Shown: positions 55,101 through 64,000 of the stretch, one piece after another
How positions within the stretch are numbered: position 1 is the first letter of the stretch
Layout: every line of letters begins with the position of its first letter
Assembly: GCA_009914755.4 (NCBI GenBank)
Contig: CP086569.2
Location: 20,928,001 to 20,992,000, forward strand
Source of the DNA: the human T2T-CHM13v2.0 reference genome, Homo sapiens
Direction: 5' to 3'
Length of the DNA: 64,000 bases
Made by a program: the position numbers and the translations under genes
Notes under the pieces: model-generated
Seen by the model: only the letters and a program-made list of their open reading frames with translations
Told to the model about the DNA's origin: nothing
The model's database searches: none

Positions 55101-58100
55101 TGGCAGGTTCATGGTCTTGCTCAATTCAAGAATGAAGCTGCAGACCTTAGTTTTGAGTGTTACAGCACTTAAAAGTGTTATGTCCAGAGATTGTTCCTTC
55201 AGATGTGTCCAGAGTTTCTTCCTTCTGGCAGGTTCATGGTCTTGCTCACTTCAAGAATGAAGCTACAGACCTTAGGGGTGAGTGTTACAGTACTTAAGGG
55301 TGTTATGTCCAGAGTTTTTTCCTTCAGATGTGTTCAGAGTTTCTTCCAACTTGCATTTTCATGGTCTTGCTCACTTCAAGAGTGAAGCTGCAAAATTTAG
55401 TGGTGATTGTTACAGCACTTAAAGGTGTTATGTCCAGAGTTTGTTCCTTCAGATGTGTCGAGATATTCTTTCTTCTGGTATGTTCATGGTCTTGCTCACT
55501 TCAAGAAAGAATGAAGCTGTAGACCTTTACGGTGAGTGTTACAGCATATAAAGGTGTTATGTCCAGAGTTTTGTCCCTCAGATGTGTCCAGAATTTCTTC
55601 TTTCGGGGAGGTTCATGGTCTTGCTCACTTCAAGAATGAAGCTGCAGACCTTGGTGGTGATTGTTACAGCAGTTAAAGGTGTTTGTCCTGAGTTTGTTCC
55701 ATCGGATGTGTATAGAGTTTCTTCCTTCTGGCAAGTTGATGGTCTTGCTCACTTCAAGAACGAAGCTGCAGACCTTTACGGTGAGTGTCACAGCACTTAA
55801 AGGTGTTATGTCCAGAGTTTGTTCATTCAGATGTGTCCAGAATTTCTCCCTTCTGGCAGGTTCATGGTCTTGCTCACTTCAAGAATGAAGATGCAGACAT
55901 TTAGGGTGAGTGTTACGACACTTAAAAGTTTTATGTCCAGAGTTTGTTCCTTCAGATGTGGCCAGAGTTTCTTCCTTCTGGCAGGTTCACGGTCTTGCTC
56001 ACTTCAAGAATGAAGCTGCAGACCTAGGTGGTGAGCGTTACAGCAATTAAAGGTGTTATGTCCAGAGTTTGTACCGTCAGATACGTCTAGAGTTTCTTCT
56101 CTCTGGCAGGTTCATGGTCTTGCTCACTTCAAGAATGAAGCTGCAGACCTTAGTGGTGAGTGTTACAGTACTTAAAGTTGTTATGTCCAGAGTTTGTTCG
56201 TTCAGATGTGTCCAGAGTTTCTTCCATCTGGCAGGTTCATGGTCTTGCGCACTTCAAGAATGGAGCTGCAGACCTTTGAGGTGAGTGTTGCAACAATTAA
56301 AGGTGTTATGTCCAGGGTTTTTTCCTTCAGAGGTGTCCAGAGTTTCTTCTTTCTGGCAGGTTCATGGTCTTGCTCACTTCAAGAATGAAACTGTAGACCT
56401 TTACGGTGAGTGTTACAGCACTGAAAGATGTTATGTCCAGAGTTTTTTCCTTCAGATATTTCCAGAGTTTCTTCCATCTGGCAGGTTCATGGTCTTGCTC
56501 ACTTCAAGAATGAAGCTGCAGACCTTAGTGGTGAGGGTTACAGCACTTAAAGTTGTTTTATCCAGAGTTTTTTCCTTCAGATGTGTCCAGAGTTTCTTCC
56601 TTCTGGCATGTTCATGGTCTTGCTCACTTCAAGAATGAAGCTGCAGACCTTAGTGGTGGGTGTTACAGCACTTAAAGGTATTATGCCCAGAGTTTGTTAC
56701 TTCAGATGTGTCCAGAGTTTCTTCCTTCTGGCAGGTTCATGGTCTTGCTCACTTCAAGAATGAAGCTGCAGACATTTACGGTGAGTGTTACAGCACTTAA
56801 ATTTGTTATATCCAGAGTTTGTTCCTTCAGATGTGTCCAGAATTTCTTCCTTCTGGCAGGTTCATGGTCTTCCTTACTTCAAGAATGAAGCTGCAGACCT
56901 TTATGGTGAGTGTTACAGCACTTAAAAGTTTTATGTCCAGAGTTTGTTCCTTCAGATGTGTCCAGAGTTTCTTCCTTCAGGCAGGTTCATGGTCTTGCTC
57001 ACTTCAAGAATGAAGCTGCAGACCTAGGTGGTGAGCGTTACAGCACTTAAAGGTGTTATGTCCAGAGTTTGTTCCTTCAGATGTGTTCTGAGTTTCTTCC
57101 TTCTGGCAGGTTCATGGTCTTGCTCACTTCAAGAATGAAGCTGCAGACCTTAGTGGTGAATGTTACAGCAATTAAAGGTGTTATGTCCAGAGTGTTTTCT
57201 TTCAGATGTGTCCGGAGTTTCTTCCATCTGGCAGGTTCATGGTCTTGCTCACTTCAAGAGTGAAGCTGCAGAATTTAGTGGTGAGTGTTACAGCACTTAA
57301 ATGTGTTATGTCCAGAGTTTGTTCCTTCAGATGTGTCCAGATATTCTTCCTTCTTGCAGGGTCATGGTCTTGCTCACTTCAAGAAGGAATGAAGGTGCAG
57401 ACCTTTACGGTGAGTGTTACAGCATATAAAGTTGTTATGTACGGAGTTTAGTCCTTCAGATGTGTCCAGAGTTTCTTCCTTCGGGCAGGTTCATGGTATT
57501 GCTCACTTCAAGAATAAAGCTGCAGACCTTGGTGGTGAGTGTTAGAGCACTTAAAGGTGTTATGTTCAGAGTTTGTTCCATCAGATGTGTATAGAGTTTC
57601 TTCCTTCTGGCAGGTTCATGGACTTGTTCACTCCAAGAATGAAGCTGCAGACCTTTACGGTGAGTGTTACAGCACTTAAAGTTGTTATATTCAGAGTTTG
57701 TTCCTTCAGATGTGTCCAGAGTTTCCTTCTTCTCTCAGGTTCATGGCCTTGTTCAATTCAAGATTGAATCTCCAGACCTTTACGGTGAGTTTTACAGCAC
57801 TTAAAAGTGTTATGTTCAGAGTTTGTTCCTTCAGTTTTGTCCAGAGTTTCTTTCTTCTAGCAGGTTCATGGTCTTGCTCACTTCAAGAATGAAGCTGCAC
57901 ACCTTGGTGGTGAGTGTTCCAGCACTTAAAAGTGTTATGTCCAGAGTTTGTTCCATCAGATGTGTATAGACTTTCTTCCTTCTGGCAGGTTCATGGTCTT
58001 GCTTACTTCAAGAATGAAGCTGCAGACATTTACGGTGAGTGTTACAGCAATTAAAGTTGTTATATCCAGAGTTTGTTCCGTAAGATGTGTCTAGAGTTTC

Positions 58101-61100
58101 TTCCTTCTGGCATGTTCATGGTATTGCTCACTTCAAGTAAGAATGAAGCTGCAGACCTTTACGGTGATTGTTACAGCATATAAAGTGTTATGTCCAAAGT
58201 TTGTTCCTTCAGATGTGTCCAGAGTTTCTTCCTTCTGGCAGGTTCATGTTCTTGCTCACTTTAAGAATGAGGCTGCAGACCTAGGTGGTGAGTGTTACAG
58301 CACTTAAAGGTGTGATGTCCAGAGTTTGTTCCTTCAGATGTGTCCAGAGTTTCTTTCTTCTGGCAGGTTCATGGTCTTGCTCACTTCAAGAATGAAGCTC
58401 CAGTCCTTTACGGTGAGTGTTACAGCACTTAAAAGTGTTATGTCCAGAGCTTTTTTCCTTCAGATGTGTCCAGAGTTTCTTCCTTCTGGCAGGTTCATGG
58501 TCTTGCTCACTTCAAAAATGAAACTGCAGACGATTACGGTGAGTGTTACAGCACTTAAAGGTGTTATGTCCAGAGTTTGTTCCTTCAGATGTGTCCAGTT
58601 TCTTCCTCCTGGCAGGTTCATGGTCTTGCTCACTTCAAGAATGAAACTGTAGACCTTTACGGTGAGTGTTACAGCACTGAAAGATGTTATGTCCAGAGTT
58701 TTTTCCTTCAGATATTTCCAGAGTTTCTTCCATCTGGCAGGTTCATGGTCTTGGTCACTTCAAGAATGAAACTGCAGACCTTAGTGGTGAGTGTTACTGC
58801 ACTTAAAGGTGTTATGTCCAGAGTTTTTTCCTACAGATGTGTCCAGAGTTTCTTCCTTCTGGCAGGTTCATGGTCTTGCTCACTTCAAGAATGAAGCTAC
58901 AGACCTTAGTTATGAGTGTTACAGCACTTAAAGGTATTATGCCCAGAGTTTGTTACTTCAGATGTGTCCAGAGTTTCTCCCTTCTGGCAGGTTCATGGTC
59001 TTGCTCACTTCAAGAATGAAGCTGCATTCCTTAGTGGTGAGTGTTCCAGCACCTAAAGATGTTATGTAAAGAGTTTGTTCCTTCAGATGTGTCCAAAGTT
59101 TCTTCAATTTGGCAGGTTCATAGTCTTGCTCACTTCAAGAGTGTAGCTGCAGAATTTAGTGGTGAGTGTTACAGCACTTAAAAGTGTTATGTCCATAGTT
59201 TGTTACTTCAGATGTGTCCAGATATTCTTCCTTCTGGCAGGTTCATGGTCTTGCTCACTTCAAGAAAGAATGAAGCTGCAGACCTTTACGGTGAGTGCTA
59301 CAGCATATAAAGGTGTTATGTCCAGAGTTTTTTCCTACAGATGTGTCCAGAGTTTCTTCCTTCTGGCAGGTTCATGGTCTTGCTCAATTCAAGAATGAAG
59401 CTGCAGACCTTAGTTTTGAGTGTTACAGCACTTAAAAGTGTTATGTCCAGAGATTGTTCCTTCAGATGTGTCCAGAGTTTCTTCCTTCTGGCAGGTTCAT
59501 GGTCTTGCTCACTTCAAGAATGAAGCTACAGACCTTAGGGGTGAGTGTTACAGTACTTAAGGGTGTTATGTCCAGAGTTTTTTCCTTCAGATGTGTTCAG
59601 AGTTTCTTCCAACTTGCATTTTCATGGTCTTGCTCACTTCAAGAGTGAAGCTGCAAAATTTAGTGGTGATTGTTACAGCACTTAAAGGTGTTATGTCCAG
59701 AGTTTGTTCCTTCAGATGTGTCGAGATATTCTTTCTTCTGGTATGTTCATGGTCTTGCTCACTTCAAGAATGAAACTGTAGACCTTTACGGTGAGTGTTA
59801 CAGCACTGAAAGATGTTATGTCCAGAGTTTTTTCCTTCAGATATTTCCAGAGTTTCTTCCATCTGGCAGGATCATGGTCTTGGTCACTTCAAGAATGAAG
59901 CTGCAGACCTTAGTGGTGAGGGTTACAGCACTTAAAAGTGTTATGTCCAGAGTTTTTTCCTACAGATGTGTCCAGAGTTTCTTCCTTCTGGCAGGTTCAT
60001 GGTCTTGCTCACTTCAAGAATGAAGCTACAGACCTTAGTGGTGAGTGTTACAGCACTTAAAGGTATTATGCCCAGAGTTTGTTACTTCAGATGTGTCCAG
60101 AGTTTCTCCCTTCTGGCAGGTTCATGGTCTTGCTCACTTTAAGAATGAAGCTGCAGACATTTACGGTGAGTGTTACAGCACTTATATTTGTTATATCCAG
60201 AGTTTATTCCTTCAGATGTGTCCAGAATTTCTTCCTTCTGGCGGGTTCATGGTCTTGCTCACTTCAAGAATGAAGCTGCAGACTTTTAGGGTGAGTGTTA
60301 CAGCACTTGAAAGTTTTATGTCCAGAGTTTGTTCCTTTAGATGTGTCCAGAGTTTCTTCCTTCAGGCAGGTTCATTGTCTTGCTCACTTTAAGAATGAAG
60401 CTGCAGACCTAGGTGGTGAGCGTTACAGCACTTAAAGGTGTTATGTCCAGAGTTTTTCCTTCAGATGTGTCCAGAGTTTCTTCCTTCTGGCAGGTTCATG
60501 GTATTGCACACTTCAAGAATGAAGCTGCAGAACTTTACGGTGAGTGTTATAGCACTTAAAGGTGTTATGTCCAGCGTTTGTTCCTTCAGATGTGTTCAGA
60601 GTTTCTTCCTTCTGGCAGGTTCATGGTCTTGCTCACTTCAAGAATGAAGCTGCAGACCTTAGTGGTGAATGTTACAGCAATTAAAGGTGTTATGTCCAGA
60701 GTTTTTTCTTTCAGATGTGTCCGGAGTTTCTTCCATCTGGCAGGTTCATGGTCTTGCTCACTTCAAGAGTGAAGCTGCAGAATTTAGTGGTGAGTGTTAC
60801 AGCACTTAAATGTGTTATGTCCAGAGTTTGTTCCTTCAGATGTGTCCAGATATTCTTCCTTCTTGCAGGGTCAAGGTCTTGCTCACTTCAAGAAAGAATG
60901 AAGATGCAGACCTTTACGGTGAGTGTTACAGCATATAAAGTTGTTATGTACGGAGTTTAGTCCTTCAGATTTGTCCAGAGTTTCTTCCTTCGGGCATGTT
61001 CATGGTATTGCTCACTTCAAAAATAAAGCTGCAGACATTGGTGTTGAGTGTTACAGCACTTAATGGTGTTATGTCCAGCGTTTGTTCCATCAGATATGTA

Positions 61101-63950
61101 TAGATTTTCTTCCTTCTGACAGGTTCATGGACTTGTTCACTTCAAGAACGAAGCTGCAGACCTTTACGGTGAGTGTTACAGCACTTAAAGGTGTTATATA
61201 CAGAGTTTGTTCCATAAGATGTGTCTAGAGTTTCTTCCTTCTGGCATGTTCATGGTCTTGCTCACTTCAAGAAAGAATGAAGCTGCAGACCATTACGGTG
61301 AGTGTTATAGCATATAAAGTGTTATGTCCAAAGTTTGTTCCTTCAGATGTGTCCAGAGTTTCTTCCTTCTGGCAGGTTCATGGTCTTGCTCACTTCAAGA
61401 ATGAAGCTGCACACCTTAGCGGTGAGTGTTACAGTACTTAAAGGTGTTATGTCCAGAGTTTTTTCCTTCAGATGTGTCCAGAGTTTCTTTCAACTTGCAT
61501 TTTCATGGTCTTGCTCACTTCAAGAGTGAAGCTGCAAAATTTAGTGGTGATTGTTACAGCACTTAAAGGTGTTATGTCCAGAGTTTGTTCCTTCAGATGT
61601 GTCCAGATATTCTTTCTTCTGGCATGTTCATGGTCTTGCTCACTTCAAGAAAGAATGAAGCTGTAGACCTTTACGGTGAGTGTTACAGCATATAAAGGTG
61701 TTATGTCCAGAGTTTTGTCCCTCAGATGTGTCCAGAATTTCTTCTTTCGGGCAGGTTCATGGTCTTGCTCACTTCAAGAATGAAGCTGCAGACCTTGGTG
61801 GTGATTGTTACAGCAGTTAAAGGTGTTTGTCCTGAGTTTGTTCCATCGGATGTGTATAGAGTTTCTTCCTTCTGGCAGGTTGATGGTCTTGCTCACTTCA
61901 AGAATGAAGCTGCAGACCTTTACGGTGAGTGTCACAGCACTTAAAGGTGTTATGTCCAGAGTTTGTTCATTCAGATGTGTCCAGAATTTCTTCCTTCTGG
62001 CAGGTTCATGGTCTTGCTCACTTCAAGAATGAAGATGTAGACATTTAGGGTGAGTGTTACGGCACTTAAAAGTTTTATGTCCAGAGTTTGTTCCTTCAGA
62101 TGTGGCCAGAGTTTCTTCCTTCTGGCAGGTTCACGGTCTTGCTCACTTCAAGAATGAAGCTGCAGACCTAGGTGGTGAGCGTTACAGCACTTAAAGGTGT
62201 TATGTCCAGAGTTTCTACCGTCAGATACGTCTAGAGTTTCTTCCCTCTGGCAGGTTCATGGTCTTGCTCACTTCAAGAATGAAGCTGCAGACCTTGGTGG
62301 TGATTGTTACAGCAGTTAAAGGTGTTTGTCCTGAGTTTGTTCCATCGGATGTGTATAGAGTTTCTTCCTTCTGGCAGGTTGATGGTCTTGCTCACTTCAA
62401 GAATGAAGCTGCAGACCTTTACGGTGAGTGTCACAGCACTTAAAGGTGTTATGTCCAGAGTTTGTTCATTCAGATGTGTCCAGAATTTCTTCCTTCTGGC
62501 AGGTTCATGGTCTTGCTCACTTCAAGAATGAAGATGTAGACATTTAGGGTGAGTGTTACGGCACTTAAAAGTTTTATGTCCAGAGTTTGTTCCTTCAGAT
62601 GTGGCCAGAGTTTCTTCCTTCTGGCAGGTTCACGGTCTTGCTCACTTCAAGAATGAAGCTGCAGACCTAGGTGGTGAGCGTTACAGCACTTAAAGGTGTT
62701 ATGTCCAGAGTTTCTACCGTCAGATACGTCTAGAGTTTCTTCCCTCTGGCAGGTTCATGGTCTTGCTCACTTCAAGAATGAAGCTGCAGACCTTAGTGGT
62801 GAGTGTTACAGTACTTAAAGTTGTTATGTCCAGAGTTTGTTCGTTCAGATGTGTCCAGAGTTTCTTCCATCTGGCAGGTTCATGGTCTTGCGCACTTCAA
62901 GAATGGAGCTGCAGACCTTTGAGGTGAGTGTTGCAACAATTAAAGGTGTTGTGTCCAGGGTTTTTTCCTTCAGAGCTGTCCAGAGTTTCTTCCTTCTGGC
63001 AGGTTCATGGTCTTGCTCACTTCAAGAATGAAACTGTAGACCTTTACGGTGAGTGTTACAGCACTGAAAGATGTTATGTCCAGAGTTTGTTCCTTCAGAT
63101 ATTTCCAGAGTTTCTTCCATCTGGCAGGTTCATGGTCTTGTTCACTTCAAGAATGAAGCTGCAGACCTTAGTGGTGAGGGTTACAGCACTTAAAGTTGTT
63201 TTATCCAGAGTTTTTTCCTTCAGATGTGTCCAGAGTTTCTTCCTTCTGGCAGGTTCATGGTCTTGCTCACTTCAAGAATGAAGCTGCAGACCTTAGTGGT
63301 GGGTGTTACAGCACTTAAAGGTATTATGCTCAGAGTATCTTACTTCAGATGTGTCCAGAGTTTCTTCCTTCTGGCAGGTTCATGGTCTTGCTCACTTCAA
63401 GAATGAAGCTGCAGACATTTACGGTGAGTGTTACAGCACTTAAATTTGTTATATCCAGAATTTGTTCCTTCAGATGTGTCCAGAATTTCTTCCTTCTGGC
63501 AGGTTCATGGTCTTGCTTACTTCAAGAATGAAGCTGCAGACCTTTAGGGTGAGTGTTACAGCACTTAAAAGTTTTATGTCCACAGTTTGTTCCTTCAGAT
63601 GTGTCCAGAGTTTCTTCCTTCAGGCAGGTTCATGGTCTTGCTCACTTCAAGAATGAAGCTGCAGACCTAGGTGGTGAGCGTTACAGCACTTAAAGGTGTT
63701 ATGTCCAGAGTTTGTTCCTTCAGATGTGTTCTGAGTTTCTTCCTTCTGGGAGGTTCATGGTCTTGCTCACTTCAAGAATGAAGCTGCAGACCTTAGTGGT
63801 GAATGTTACAGCAATTAAAGGTGTTATGTCCAGAGTTTTTTCTTTCAGATGTGTCCGGAGTTTCTTCCATCTGGCAGGTTCAAGGTCTTGCTCACTTCAA
63901 GAGTGAAGCTGCAGAATTTAGTGGTGAGTGTTACAGCACTTAAATGTGTT
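46200..63950. repeat. Distal part of the array, built from multi-kb HORs: an ~4.26-kb (~34-mer) block in at least 4 copies, overlapped by an ~3.1-3.5-kb block. It contains a variant monomer with an 8-bp insertion
   Basis: Peptides identical at +4263: 54314/58577 (105 aa), 54574/58837, 54896/59159 (79 aa), 55078/59341, 55191/59454 and 55328/59591. At +4262: 48588/52787, 48723(-)/52985(-) and 48921/53183. The QTLGV/PTCIF unit pair sits at 50925, 55191, 59454 and 61335. The ~3.1-3.5-kb family is seen at 56285, then 59670, then 62928, and at 57069, then 60578, then 63712. The 133-bp variant monomer ...CTTCAAGAAAGAATGAAGCTGCAGACCTTTACGGTGAGTGTTACAGCATATAAAG... occurs 17 times (46228, 48728, 49359, 50104, 50742, 51236, 52988, 53620, 53872, 55000, 55510, 57380, 58137, 59265, 60890, 61270, 61640). 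It never occurs before 46.2 kb. Confidence 0.7.
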
Positions 63951-64000
63951 ATGTCCAGAGTTTGTTCCTTCAGATGTGTCCAGATATTCTTCCTTCTTGC

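Larger units (their letters stand above)
33228..64000. repeat. Tandem satellite array of a 125-bp monomer, at least 30.8 kb and about 246 units, running off the window end. The monomer is related to the 5' terminal repeat of HERV-9 LTR12-type LTRs. This is probably DYZ19, the 125-bp satellite of human Yq11.22
   Basis: Strict 125-bp periodicity throughout. For example, identical motifs recur in the ORF track at 33414, 33539, 33789 and 34176. The consensus unit is GTTCATGGTCTTGCTCACTTCAAGAATGAAGCTGCAGACCTTTACGGTGAGTGTTACAGCACTTAAAGGTGTTATGTCCAGAGTTTGTTCCTTCAGATGTGTCCAGAGTTTCTTCCTTCTGGCAG. There are two main subtypes, CCTTTACGGTGAG and CCTTAGTGGTGAG. From memory, LTR12 begins ..GTGGTCTCGCTGACTTCAGGAGTGAAGCTGCAGACCTTCGCGGTGAGTGTTACAGCTC(A/T)TAA(A/G)G.., itself internally repeated. 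The assignment as DYZ19 rests on recollection of the literature (125-bp unit, Yq11.22, annotated as LTR12B-like by repeat maskers) and was not checked by a database search. Confidence 0.85.

Noticed and set aside
33280-63906. About 200 ORFs of 60-145 aa in the track (MFLQMCPEFLPSGRFMVLLTSRMKLQTFTVSVTALKGVMSRVCSFRCVQSFFLLAGSWSCSLQE and relatives), all on the plus strand
   Set aside because: They are read-through frames of the 125-bp satellite. Because 125 is not divisible by 3, each frame runs about 1.5 units before a stop. They have no start context, no codon-usage signal and no conservation beyond the repeat itself, so they are not a protein family.

Overview
This window is primate, almost certainly human, nuclear DNA and not a prokaryotic locus. 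The interspersed repeats are AluS/AluY-type SINEs, L1PA-type LINEs and a MaLR LTR. I found no convincing host protein-coding exon, no tRNA or rRNA gene and no CRISPR-like structure.

The first ~33.2 kb is AT-rich and made largely of interspersed repeats; roughly half is L1-derived. It contains the following elements:
- A full-length but dead L1PA with a 5'UTR, ORF1 and ORF2 remnants, a polyA tail and an 11-bp target-site duplication (TSD).
- Several older L1 fragments on both strands. One carries a tandemly duplicated 5'UTR, and one has a permuted ORF order.
- At least 7 Alu elements and one left-monomer-only Alu (FLAM) with a clean TSD, nested inside an L1.
- A THE1/MST-type LTR at the left edge, and (AC)n, (ATT)n and (TAAAA)n microsatellites.

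From ~33,228 to the end of the window (at least 30.8 kb, about 246 units) the sequence becomes a head-to-tail tandem satellite with a 125-bp monomer. The monomer is clearly related to the repeated 5' terminal segment of HERV-9 LTR12-type LTRs. The first unit at the array edge is the most LTR12-like. From memory, this matches DYZ19, the 125-bp satellite of human Yq11.22. If so, the window is an edge of that array embedded in L1-rich Y-chromosome sequence.

The array is not uniform. It carries nested higher-order repeats (HORs): a 1.25-kb 10-mer, a 3.0-kb 24-mer, and ~4.26-kb and ~3.1-3.5-kb blocks. Some block copies are near-identical. Around 46 kb the array changes character, and a monomer subtype with an 8-bp AAGAAAGA insertion appears.

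The dozens of 60-145 aa ORFs in the supplied track over the array are frame artefacts of the repeat (125 is not a multiple of 3). They are not genes. Coordinates of repeat boundaries are approximate, about +/-10 bp.
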